Positions 55,382 to 63,462 of a stretch of 64,000 bases of DNA are shown piece by piece. The stretch's first letter is position 1, and each line of letters begins with the position of its first letter. The notes beneath the pieces were generated by a model. That model did no database searches. It was not told the origin of the DNA and saw nothing but the letters and a program-made list of their open reading frames with translations. This DNA comes from a virus (taxonomy: Duplodnaviria > Caudoviricetes): the IMG/VR virus record IMGVR_UViG_3300049988_000245, positions 160,001 through 224,000 of that record; one strand, 5' to 3'. A program made the translations under genes and the position numbers.

Positions 55382-55732
55382 ATGTTTTCATTTGATGGAT
55401 TCGATCCTGCTCTGATGAGTGACGACGAATTGCTTCATAAGACCACGGACCTGCACGCGAAACTCGTGTTCGCTGGCCGATTCGGTTCTGCCGACATGAT
55501 TGGTGGCCTTCAGCGACTCCTTGAGGTGGTGGAGTTCGAACGAGCCCAACGGGTCATGCGGACCTTCGCACGGGATCGCGACTTGAGCACGCACGACGTG
55601 ATTGAGAGCGACCCCGATCTGGCCGCAGCCGGACGCGATCAGGCCGAACCGCAGCGCGGCGGTAAGATCATTCCGCAGAAGAAACCCCGCCCGATCGTTA
55701 CGGTCTCCAGCCGCCCTACCTCGGATATTTGA
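55382..55732 (+). CDS. Hypothetical protein
   Basis: GAGGG RBS; operon position. Confidence 0.65.
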   Translation: MFSFDGFDPALMSDDELLHKTTDLHAKLVFAGRFGSADMIGGLQRLLEVVEFERAQRVMRTFARDRDLSTHDVIESDPDLAAAGRDQAEPQRGGKIIPQKKPRPIVTVSSRPTSDI

Positions 55733-55740
55733 GAAGAACC

Positions 55741-56427
55741 ATGTCAGACATCATTGAAGACGACGACGAAGACGCCCTCTACATCTCGTTCACAATGGAT
55801 ACGAAGATGATGCGTCTGAACGAAGAGACGTTTGTCCCCTCCAAGATTTCCATTCGAGCGGATGTCAATCCGGAAGAGGAGATGTCGGAATCAGAAATCA
55901 CCTTGGCGCTGTCGAAGATTCGCTTTTTCTATGAGAACATCGTCTCCAAGTGCATCGCGTTCTCCTACGACAACGAACATGCGATCGAGATTCTGATCAA
56001 CGAAGAGGGCAAGAATCGCACCGGAAACATCCTCATGATGACGCCGGGCGAGCCGACCGACGAGATGATGGCGACCCTCTTCCAGGCGAAGATGGAAGCA
56101 CTGTCCGACCACAAGATCAGCTTCAATCTGGTCGAGGTGAAGTCGGATAACCCGCATGGGCTCTCGTTCGTATTCGTCGGCGATGCAAGCCGAATGCTTC
56201 CTGATATCGAAAGCTGGATCGGAAAGCGTTCGTTCTTCACGCAGCCGTGGTGGAACCGCGACGACGCCTCGACGCTCGACGTCATCCCGCCGCCGGACGC
56301 TGATCTGACCCAGAAGCCAGCCTGGGCGTTCTCACTCAATCCGATCATGGGTGCGAAGACCGACTCAACTGTGATTCTTCGCCCGAGCTTCAAGCCGACC
56401 GTAATCGAAGGCGGCAAGCCGGTCTAA
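55741..56427 (+). CDS. Conserved hypothetical protein upstream of DnaE fragment
   Basis: Long acidic ORF with WW.R.D.ST.D motif. Confidence 0.7.
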   Translation: MSDIIEDDDEDALYISFTMDTKMMRLNEETFVPSKISIRADVNPEEEMSESEITLALSKIRFFYENIVSKCIAFSYDNEHAIEILINEEGKNRTGNILMMTPGEPTDEMMATLFQAKMEALSDHKISFNLVEVKSDNPHGLSFVFVGDASRMLPDIESWIGKRSFFTQPWWNRDDASTLDVIPPPDADLTQKPAWAFSLNPIMGAKTDSTVILRPSFKPTVIEGGKPV

Positions 56428-56468
56428 AATATTGAACTCCTGCTCATGCCCTCGGTACTATCCAGGGT

Positions 56469-56990
56469 ATGAGCAGAACAGTTGATCCGTGGGGACGGGT
56501 TGTCCTCGATATCGGTGACCTCACCGAAATTCTCTATTCCGGCCTGAAAACCGATGACGTGTACGTGGCCGAAGGCGACGAGACTGCGCGGTTCAATGCG
56601 CTTTGTCGGGCCTGGGATCGGCCACAGTACGCTTTGCGGGTCCCGGAGGCCCCAGAGCACTCTCCCGAACAGGAGCACGCCACACGCGCCTCCCAATGGC
56701 TGGTCTGTGAGGAGCTACGCGGGATGAACGTGCGCGACTTTCTCATCAGCGCGTGTGCGACCGATGCTCAGCGGGAGCGGGTGAACGCGGAAATGGACCT
56801 TTATGAGGAACGCGAACTCGAACCCCTGCTTCAGACGATGATCTGTCTGGTCGAGCATTTCCGGGCGAACAAGGTGGTCTGGGGTGTCGGTCGTGGTTCG
56901 TCCGTGGCCAGCTACGTCCTCTACATGATCGGGATTCACAAAATCGATTCGATGAAGTACGGCCTGGAGATCGGGGAATTCCTGAAATGA
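56469..56990 (+). CDS. dnaE: DNA polymerase III alpha-like N-part (split DnaE small piece)
   Basis: RV..EMDLY..L..M..LV..FR...VVWGVGRGSSVASYVLY.IGIH.ID..KYGL...EFLK; only 173 aa. Confidence 0.85.
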   Translation: MSRTVDPWGRVVLDIGDLTEILYSGLKTDDVYVAEGDETARFNALCRAWDRPQYALRVPEAPEHSPEQEHATRASQWLVCEELRGMNVRDFLISACATDAQRERVNAEMDLYEERELEPLLQTMICLVEHFRANKVVWGVGRGSSVASYVLYMIGIHKIDSMKYGLEIGEFLK

Positions 56991-57301
56991 TCACGCATCG
57001 CGAGGTTCGCGTGACCATCACGGAGAAGACATATGATCCCGAGGATGGTGGCCCCGTGTTTATCCTCCGCGTAGGATTGTCCCGCCGCCGGGGGTTCAGT
57101 ACGATTCTGTACGAGAATTTAGAGGAACGGGATTCTGCGTCGATCTCCCCCGCGATACGGGATTGGTGCGTCGAACAATGGGCGGGGGAAGAGTTCTCCT
57201 TCAATCCGTTCGATGATGAAGAGGTGTGGGTCCGGAGCTTTGCCCAGGCGATGGCGTTCAAGCTGAGGTGGGACGGGAAACACGCCAGTGCTGGAACTTA
57301 A
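56987..57301 (+). CDS. FKxRW-family paralogue
   Basis: DWCVEQWAG..VRSFAQAMAFKLRW. Confidence 0.78.
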   Translation: MITHREVRVTITEKTYDPEDGGPVFILRVGLSRRRGFSTILYENLEERDSASISPAIRDWCVEQWAGEEFSFNPFDDEEVWVRSFAQAMAFKLRWDGKHASAGT

Positions 57302-57575
57302 GATCGTTATCCACGAGAAGGTCGCACCCGGATCGTTCCCGATCGAGGTTCGCCTTGATCTGACGGACGAATTCTTTATCAAATCCGGGTGGAGAAACAC
57401 CATCCATGCTCAGCAACACATGACCGATTGGTGTCGCGAACGCTGGGGCAAGACCACGGGCGAGACCTATACGCTCGAAGAGGCCCGATGGATGTTTGTC
57501 GGTAAGCGGTTCTACGTCCGCACCGAGGCCCAGGCGATCGAGTTGAAGATGCGGTGGCACGGGGCGACGCCGTGA
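57288..57575 (+). CDS. FKxRW-family paralogue
   Basis: DWCRERWG..RW..VRTEAQAIELKMRWHG. Confidence 0.78.
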   Translation: MLELKIVIHEKVAPGSFPIEVRLDLTDEFFIKSGWRNTIHAQQHMTDWCRERWGKTTGETYTLEEARWMFVGKRFYVRTEAQAIELKMRWHGATP

Positions 57576-57826
57576 TCGTCGTTCTTACGATCGAACAGCC
57601 TGAATCGACCGAGTTGATTTTCAGCCATAGCGGGAGTTTCAAGCATGGCTTGAACGCACAGAACCGCCGTGACATTCAAGATTGGTGCATCCATCAGTGG
57701 GGATTACCAACTCGGGATAGTGGCTGGGAAATCCACTATGCCGATGGGTACATATTTGTGCGTACGTCCGACCGCTCCGCCGGAATTAACGCGAAGATGC
57801 GTTGGCACGGCGTGTTGGACGACTAG
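57572..57826 (+). CDS. FKxRW-family paralogue
   Basis: GTGA overlap; DWCIHQWG..W..INAKMRWHG. Confidence 0.72.
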   Translation: MIVVLTIEQPESTELIFSHSGSFKHGLNAQNRRDIQDWCIHQWGLPTRDSGWEIHYADGYIFVRTSDRSAGINAKMRWHGVLDD

Positions 57827-58488
57827 GTCGGCTTGGATACTCCGGCGATCATCTTGATCGTCATCAGCCCGGTCACAGGAACACTCTCCTCGAACGAGAG
57901 TAGGTCGGCATCCTCGCCTCGGAAGATGATCCAGTTCTTCCCCCGCAGGATCAGGTGGCAGGCTGAGGTCATGCGGGTCCGGTCAACGTACATGATCCCG
58001 GACCGCTTCGGCATGCTTTCCAGAAGCTCGATGAACTCCTGGCGCAATTCCTCAGTATCAAAATAATACCACGAGCCGCGCTCGGGGAATGCCCCGATGT
58101 CCCCCGGCCGAGCATCGCTTTTAAGCGTGTAGGTCCGACCCTTGTAGACACGATCCTTGCCCTTGTCGGAAACGAACTTCAGGATTCGCTTCTCCTCGTA
58201 CGGGCTCATGTAATAGGTCGAGAGACCGACCCACCCTTTGCGGTGGAGCTTCCACGACTTGGTGCGGTTGTGCTCGTCCTCACCCGAGGGTGTGATGGTG
58301 TGCCAGTCCAGCCAGACCTCGCTGATCCACTTCAGCCGTCCCTTAGGCCCGGTGAAATTGTTCACCTTGGGTTTGGGGATATTAATGCCGATGGTGTATC
58401 TCAAGCCCCAATACTGATGTTCTGGCGGCAGCGTGACCGGCTGGGGCTCGTACCGAAGAGATTCCAACTTTGGTGCACGATATTCCAT
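57823..58488 (-). CDS. Hypothetical protein
   Basis: Long ORF abutting the upstream stop (TAAATG). Confidence 0.65.
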   Translation of the reverse strand: MEYRAPKLESLRYEPQPVTLPPEHQYWGLRYTIGINIPKPKVNNFTGPKGRLKWISEVWLDWHTITPSGEDEHNRTKSWKLHRKGWVGLSTYYMSPYEEKRILKFVSDKGKDRVYKGRTYTLKSDARPGDIGAFPERGSWYYFDTEELRQEFIELLESMPKRSGIMYVDRTRMTSACHLILRGKNWIIFRGEDADLLSFEESVPVTGLMTIKMIAGVSKPT

Positions 58489-58731
58489 TTACCACCATCG
58501 GAGTTTAAAATTAACCACATCCTGCTCTTCACGAAACAGGATGAAATAGGTCTGATGGCTCACGTCCCAATAGGGTGTCGCGCGATCAACCAGAAACTCG
58601 CGACACCATACGTGAATCTCTGGGTAAAAATCAACCTCCTGCGAGAGAATCGTTCGACCAGAATTTTGGAACTTGGGGATACCAAAGAATCTTGCCGCCT
58701 GCTCACGTGTGAGTTTAAGCTTTATGATCAC
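58489..58731 (-). CDS. FKxRW-family paralogue
   Basis: VWCREFL..ILFREEQDVVNFKLRWW. Confidence 0.75.
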   Translation of the reverse strand: MIIKLKLTREQAARFFGIPKFQNSGRTILSQEVDFYPEIHVWCREFLVDRATPYWDVSHQTYFILFREEQDVVNFKLRWW

Positions 58732-58808
58732 CGAGATATGTCCTCTAAATATTGAATTGCGCCTAACATCGTCTATTATCTACGCATATTATTTAGCGGA
58801 CAATTTTC

Positions 58809-59108
58809 ATGGCCGAAGTCATTCGATTCAAATCCAAGAGCCATGCTCGGGACCTCGCGCTTCAGAAGCTCGCCCACCGTGTGCTGATCCACCTGATCGT
58901 TTCGTTCTATGATCGCGGGATCATGGACGTGCCGATCCAGGCGTACGTGAAAGAAATGACCAGCGCGCTGATCGCGGACGGGCACGCCTATGATCCGGTG
59001 GTGCTGGATTCTCTCGGGACCGACATCAACATTCTGAAGCGTCTCGAAGCCATGCTGATCAAGACGCTGGTCGAGCGCGGCCAGCTTCCGCCAGATTTCA
59101 AGGCTTGA
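58809..59108 (+). CDS. Hypothetical protein
   Basis: GGA RBS; helical pattern. Confidence 0.6.
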   Translation: MAEVIRFKSKSHARDLALQKLAHRVLIHLIVSFYDRGIMDVPIQAYVKEMTSALIADGHAYDPVVLDSLGTDINILKRLEAMLIKTLVERGQLPPDFKA

Positions 59109-59132
59109 CTATCTAACGTTTAGCTGTACATT
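59105..59132 (+). promoter_or_regulatory. sigma70-like promoter, 16-nt spacer, leaderless spacing
   Basis: TTGACT-N16-TACATT, then 6 nt to ATG 59139. Confidence 0.6.
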
Positions 59133-59138
59133 GAGGGG

Positions 59139-59456
59139 ATGGCGAACCCGTATAAGCGCACCTCCACCCCGACGATCACCTACGTGGGCGAGTACGGCCA
59201 CGAGTCGTGCTTTCGTATTCACCTGCTGAAGGAAGAGGGGCTGAACGCGCTCCTGTTCCGGGGCGAGATCGCCGAGCATCTTCTGAAAGAGATGGTCGCC
59301 CACCGCCTGGGTAATTCGATCCGTGGGGTAGAGCTACCCGACAATCCAAAGAAGGCCGACTTCTTCCTGATGATCGACCGGTCTGAGATTCGGACATTCA
59401 CCAGTCGGTTCGAGGTGTCCGGGTACAGCCCCGATCTGGCCGGGGAGAGCGTCTGA
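59139..59456 (+). CDS. Hypothetical protein
   Basis: Directly below a promoter; TGATG overlap with the next gene. Confidence 0.65.
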   Translation: MANPYKRTSTPTITYVGEYGHESCFRIHLLKEEGLNALLFRGEIAEHLLKEMVAHRLGNSIRGVELPDNPKKADFFLMIDRSEIRTFTSRFEVSGYSPDLAGESV

Positions 59457-59782
59457 TGGCACCATGGATAAAGCCGCTACCGAGGAAAGTACCTGATCCG
59501 ATTCAACAATACGATCTCGTCTACGATTTCTATGAAACGCGTAGTCTCGATCAGAGGTCAGATGTCGTCCGGGCGTTTCTTGACTACGAATACATGTTCA
59601 TGCCAACACGACACGACGGATATTATTGGTCTCTCAGGATTTATCAGAGAGGTGTGCTGCTCAATCCAGCAATCCTATGGTGCAACGAACGCCTCGAAGG
59701 GACCAATTGGGTCCGGAAAGGCGAATGGATTTTCGTCCGTAACGAGATATCGGCGTTCGAGTTCAGGATGCGTTGGTGCTGA
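59456..59782 (+). CDS. FKxRW-family paralogue
   Basis: LWCNERLEG..W..IFVRNEISAFEFRMRWC. Confidence 0.78.
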   Translation: MAPWIKPLPRKVPDPIQQYDLVYDFYETRSLDQRSDVVRAFLDYEYMFMPTRHDGYYWSLRIYQRGVLLNPAILWCNERLEGTNWVRKGEWIFVRNEISAFEFRMRWC

Positions 59783-60236
59783 CCGGGGTGACACTGAACT
59801 CTAGCTCGCCATCCCCCTGCTTGTACGCGGTCTGGTAGCCTACGGCGGCGGCGCGCCCACTGAGGGCCTGTGCCATGCGCACGTACAGTGCACCCTTGCC
59901 GAGAACGTCCGATCCAACGAATGTCAGTAGGTCTGGGCGCTTTTGCTTCAGGAACTCTTCGATCCCCTGGACGACCACGGACAGCACCTTGACCGCCGAG
60001 TTGCGGGAAATCCCGGTGTTGCCGCAGATGGAAAGCTTCTTCTCCGTCGCATACGCTTGGGTGACGGAGAAGAACACTTCCCAATGGGTTGGATCGTTCT
60101 CGGCGTCCACGGTCTCGTTATCGAAGACCAGCCGGAATGGAATCCCCTCTAGGGTGAAGTGCGCTTCCATGCGGGCGCGATTTGATACGACCCAGGCCAG
60201 CTTAGCATTCGAGTCAAAGAGTTCGAGCAGGATCAT
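59763..60236 (-). CDS. Putative late/virion protein
   Basis: Starts MILLELFD; G....KVLS.V...I.EFL....PD.L.F......K..LY.RM pattern common in large-phage head proteins. Confidence 0.65.
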   Translation of the reverse strand: MILLELFDSNAKLAWVVSNRARMEAHFTLEGIPFRLVFDNETVDAENDPTHWEVFFSVTQAYATEKKLSICGNTGISRNSAVKVLSVVVQGIEEFLKQKRPDLLTFVGSDVLGKGALYVRMAQALSGRAAAVGYQTAYKQGDGELEFSVTPVSTNAS

Positions 60237-60814
60237 AGTCCGCTCCCACTTTGGTCGCGGCCACGCTGAGCCTTGATCATGCTGGCCATATCACCAAGGT
60301 GGAACGGCAGCACCTTGAGCGTGCGGATCAGATGCTTGCAGGCGATCCCCTTAAGCTGGGGGTTGCGGATGTGCGGGTAGCGATCCTCGTGGTAGATTGA
60401 GGCGTCCATCTGGTCGAGGATGTAATTGAATCCCCAGAACGTGAACGATGGGCAGTGGCAGTGAAGCTTGATGTCGCCGCCCCAGAGGAGCAGGCGCGCA
60501 GCTTCGTTCGCGTTGATCGACGGATCGTTGACCTGCTCGTCCCAATTGTTCCACTGAACGTACGTCTCCCAACCATTGTACTTGTTGGGGACGAAGAACT
60601 TCATGATGTTCGCCTTCGTGGTCACGTACTTGACGTGGGGAATCAGTGGTGCCCAATCGCGGAACGGGAGCTTGGCGTTCGTCGCACCTGCGACGCCGTT
60701 CGGCACGATTTCCTGCATCAGGTCTTTATAGTGAAGTTCGTCGAGGCGAGCGGGGACCTCGTCGCAGAAATAGCGCGCGGTGCTGCAATGAGCGTGTTCT
60801 GGGTGGCTGCACAT
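60233..60814 (-). CDS. SWIM-type zinc-finger protein
   Basis: HCHCPSF.FWG..RNP.LKG.ACKHL; ATG 60814 lies 5 nt below TAAATA. Confidence 0.8.
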   Translation of the reverse strand: MCSHPEHAHCSTARYFCDEVPARLDELHYKDLMQEIVPNGVAGATNAKLPFRDWAPLIPHVKYVTTKANIMKFFVPNKYNGWETYVQWNNWDEQVNDPSINANEAARLLLWGGDIKLHCHCPSFTFWGFNYILDQMDASIYHEDRYPHIRNPQLKGIACKHLIRTLKVLPFHLGDMASMIKAQRGRDQSGSGL

Positions 60815-61247
60815 GAGCTTATTTAGGAAAAAGGGCAAGACGATTCCCGGATTGTTCAACCGGTATCGCCGCAAGCAAGGAAAAGGCACGCCGCTGTTCT
60901 GGACCTGCGATAAGAAACTGTTCCACTACAGTGGAATCGACCAGTTCGATCATCACCTGTTCGACGCCTTTATCACGTATAAAGCGCCTCATTGCTTCGA
61001 GTGGGGAGCAGATTCTCCGAGCACCCTTTACATGCCGGTTCTCGATTGGATTCGAGAACACATGCAAGGCCGGGCGCTGTTCTCGTACGATCCAATGATC
61101 CTCAGCGGGTACATCCTGCTGGAACATCCCGACGACGCGTTTGACTTCCGGATGCGATTCTCTGAACCTCAAAGGGTCCTGCCGGACAAGAACGTGCAGG
61201 TGGAGGCGAAGCGGATCGTTGAGAAGTACGGGCTTGACGTACTATAG
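60813..61247 (+). CDS. FKxRW-family paralogue with C-terminal extension
   Basis: DWIREHMQG..ILLEHPDDAFDFRMRF; true start probably downstream of 60813. Confidence 0.65.
   Translation: MSLFRKKGKTIPGLFNRYRRKQGKGTPLFWTCDKKLFHYSGIDQFDHHLFDAFITYKAPHCFEWGADSPSTLYMPVLDWIREHMQGRALFSYDPMILSGYILLEHPDDAFDFRMRFSEPQRVLPDKNVQVEAKRIVEKYGLDVL
60820..60825 (-). promoter_or_regulatory. TAAATA late-type promoter, leaderless spacing
   Basis: 5 nt to ATG 60814. Confidence 0.55.
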
Positions 61248-61261
61248 ATTTGGTGTACATT
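61234..61261 (+). promoter_or_regulatory. sigma70-like promoter, 16-nt spacer
   Basis: TTGACG-N16-TACATT with GGTG before the -10 box. Confidence 0.6.
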
Positions 61262-61289
61262 GAGGAAATCAGCGACGAGGAGATACGAG

Positions 61290-62513
61290 ATGCACGAGTT
61301 CCGCACCCTCTTCCAGATTCCCGCCGATAACCTCGCCGTTTTCGAGGACAAGCTGGCCAAGCTGTCCAAACGTTCGGTCAAGATGGGCTGCGGCGAAATC
61401 CTCCCCTTCATCGCCTCGAACGAACTCAAGGATTTCGGCGACCACGGTAAGGTCCGGGTGTACAACGTCCACCTGCTCTGCGATCAGCCGAAGCTCGACG
61501 GCTGGGTGTTTGCCGCCCGCCTCGACCACTCCCAGGAGACCGGCACGATCGTTCGCTCGGTCCCGAACTTCGACCGTGAGATTCCGGCGAAGTACCGTGA
61601 TGCCGCTCCGCACTGCGATCACTGCAAGGTCCGTCGTTACCGCCGCGACAGCTACATCGTCTGCAACGAGGTGACCGGCGATTTCGCTCAGGTCGGCTCC
61701 ACCTGCCTCGCCGATTTCATGGGCCACGATGCGTACAAGGTCGCTCGGCTGGCCGAGTACCTGACCTGCGCTGGCGAGTATGCCCGCCTGGGTGAGCAGT
61801 TCATCGGTGGCGACCGCCGCTTCATCGACATGGAGGATTTCCTCAACAGCGCGGCCGGTGCCGTGCGGATGTACGGCTGGGTTTCGACCAAGTTCGCCCG
61901 CGAGTATGGGAATGTTGCTACACGTGACCACGCCGAGGGCAACACCTTCCGGGTTCCGGGCAAGGGTGGCTACTTCACCTGCAACGGTCAGTACGCGTTC
62001 TACGAGCCCACAGACGAGGACAAGGCGTTCGCCGCCGCTGCCGTGGCCTACGTGATGGCGTTCAACGAGAAGACCACCCTGAGCGAGTACGAGAGCAACG
62101 TGCTGGTTCTCGCCCGGTCGGTCTCGATCGAGTACCGCCACGCCGGTTTGGCCGCCTCGATCGTCGGCATCTACTGGCTCCACCTCAACCGCGAGGCCCT
62201 TCGCAAGGCCAAGCAGGGCAAGGGCGAGAGCGCCCATGTGGGTCAGCCGGGCGACAAGGTCGATTTCGGGGCCGCCCGCGTGACCTCGGCCCGCCCGACC
62301 GAGACCGACTTTGGCATGACCTACATCTACCGGTTCGTTACCGAGGAGGGCAACATCGTGGTGTGGTTCGCCTCGAAGAGCCAGCAGATGGCTCAGGGTG
62401 ACACTGTGATGCTCACCGCGAAGGTGAAGAAGCACGACGCCTACAACGGCACAAAGCAGACCGTGGTCACCCACGCGAAGTTCACCCTGGTCGCGCAGCA
62501 GCAGGCTGCGTGA
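61290..62513 (+). CDS. Conserved phage protein with CxxC/C motif and C-terminal OB-fold
   Basis: HCDHC...R.R..QVGSTCL; C-terminal HVG..GD.V..T.FG..Y.Y.F...GN..VWF.S..V.L...VK.H..Y.G.KQT; GAGGAG RBS. Confidence 0.75.
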   Translation: MHEFRTLFQIPADNLAVFEDKLAKLSKRSVKMGCGEILPFIASNELKDFGDHGKVRVYNVHLLCDQPKLDGWVFAARLDHSQETGTIVRSVPNFDREIPAKYRDAAPHCDHCKVRRYRRDSYIVCNEVTGDFAQVGSTCLADFMGHDAYKVARLAEYLTCAGEYARLGEQFIGGDRRFIDMEDFLNSAAGAVRMYGWVSTKFAREYGNVATRDHAEGNTFRVPGKGGYFTCNGQYAFYEPTDEDKAFAAAAVAYVMAFNEKTTLSEYESNVLVLARSVSIEYRHAGLAASIVGIYWLHLNREALRKAKQGKGESAHVGQPGDKVDFGAARVTSARPTETDFGMTYIYRFVTEEGNIVVWFASKSQQMAQGDTVMLTAKVKKHDAYNGTKQTVVTHAKFTLVAQQQAA

Positions 62514-62544
62514 CCCCAATCCACCTAAGCGTGCGGAGAGACCC

Positions 62545-62712
62545 ATGGCAGTGACCCAGCGTGACAAAGACGATTTCGCCGGATATCTCCGGAACTGCAC
62601 GGACCGTCAGGTTCAGGGCGTGTACGATAAGGAACGGGCCGCAAACCGCCGCGCCTACGCGAACCTTGCGGTCGCCGAAGCGAGCCGTCGCGGCATTCAG
62701 TTGGACCGCTGA
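62545..62712 (+). CDS. Small hypothetical protein (55 aa)
   Basis: Hand-translated MAVTQRDKDDFAGYLRNC..; GGAG RBS; TGATG overlap with the next gene. Confidence 0.6.
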   Translation: MAVTQRDKDDFAGYLRNCTDRQVQGVYDKERAANRRAYANLAVAEASRRGIQLDR

Positions 62713-63116
62713 TGCGCATCGACTTCAGCGATCTCGGCAACATCTGCACGCATATCTGCCAGAAAGCGAACTACCAGACGATCGGGGGCACACAGCAATG
62801 GGTCTCTTCGATCGAGGGTTTCGCCGTCCGTATCTCGTTCGGTAACCGTCAGGATCGGTGGATGCTGGCACTGGACGATGTCGCGATTGCGTTCACGCTC
62901 GATGTGGTCGTAACCCCCGAGGGCAACCCAGCCGAACGTGGTCTCGTGCGGTTCGGGGTGACATGGGGTGAGGCACGCGATTGCGTTTATTGGGGTGATC
63001 CGACTAAGGTTCAGGCGACCTTAGTTATGATGAAGATGCTCACCCCGAACGCGAGCGCGAATGAACACACCTACGCAGACTTCGCCGAAGCACGTGATCA
63101 CCCCAACGTTGAATGA
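62712..63116 (+). CDS. Hypothetical protein
   Basis: Coupled start with the preceding gene. Confidence 0.6.
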   Translation: MRIDFSDLGNICTHICQKANYQTIGGTQQWVSSIEGFAVRISFGNRQDRWMLALDDVAIAFTLDVVVTPEGNPAERGLVRFGVTWGEARDCVYWGDPTKVQATLVMMKMLTPNASANEHTYADFAEARDHPNVE

Positions 63117-63462
63117 GATCAGGGAACTGACGCGCGAGCACTTCGACTACCGAATCAACCTGCATCGAGAGATGAATGTGGATTACCACTCCCAGAAACA
63201 ACTCTGGGCCGAACTACGCAGCGAAATTCTACGCTGGTGTCGAGACAGATTCGGACCCGGTGCGCTCGGAATTGCGGTGAATCGTGATGAACCGGGCTTC
63301 CTGAAGTATCAGACGCAGTTCGTGAATCCGGAGATTGCCCGGTTCGAGTACGACATGGATGCGGGCTGGATATCGCGCGGATGGATGTTTTGGTTCAAGG
63401 ACGAAAACGCCGCGTTCGAGTTCAAGATGCGCTGGAAAGGCATGCGGGTCCTACCGGGGTAG
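63061..63462 (+). CDS. FKxRW-family paralogue
   Basis: RWCRDRFGP..FWFKDENAAFEFKMRW; start probably 63094 or 63109. Confidence 0.78.
   Translation: MNTPTQTSPKHVITPTLNEIRELTREHFDYRINLHREMNVDYHSQKQLWAELRSEILRWCRDRFGPGALGIAVNRDEPGFLKYQTQFVNPEIARFEYDMDAGWISRGWMFWFKDENAAFEFKMRWKGMRVLPG

Noticed and set aside
61269-62600. 443-aa antisense ORF
   Set aside because: Shadow of 61290-62513; same reasoning.
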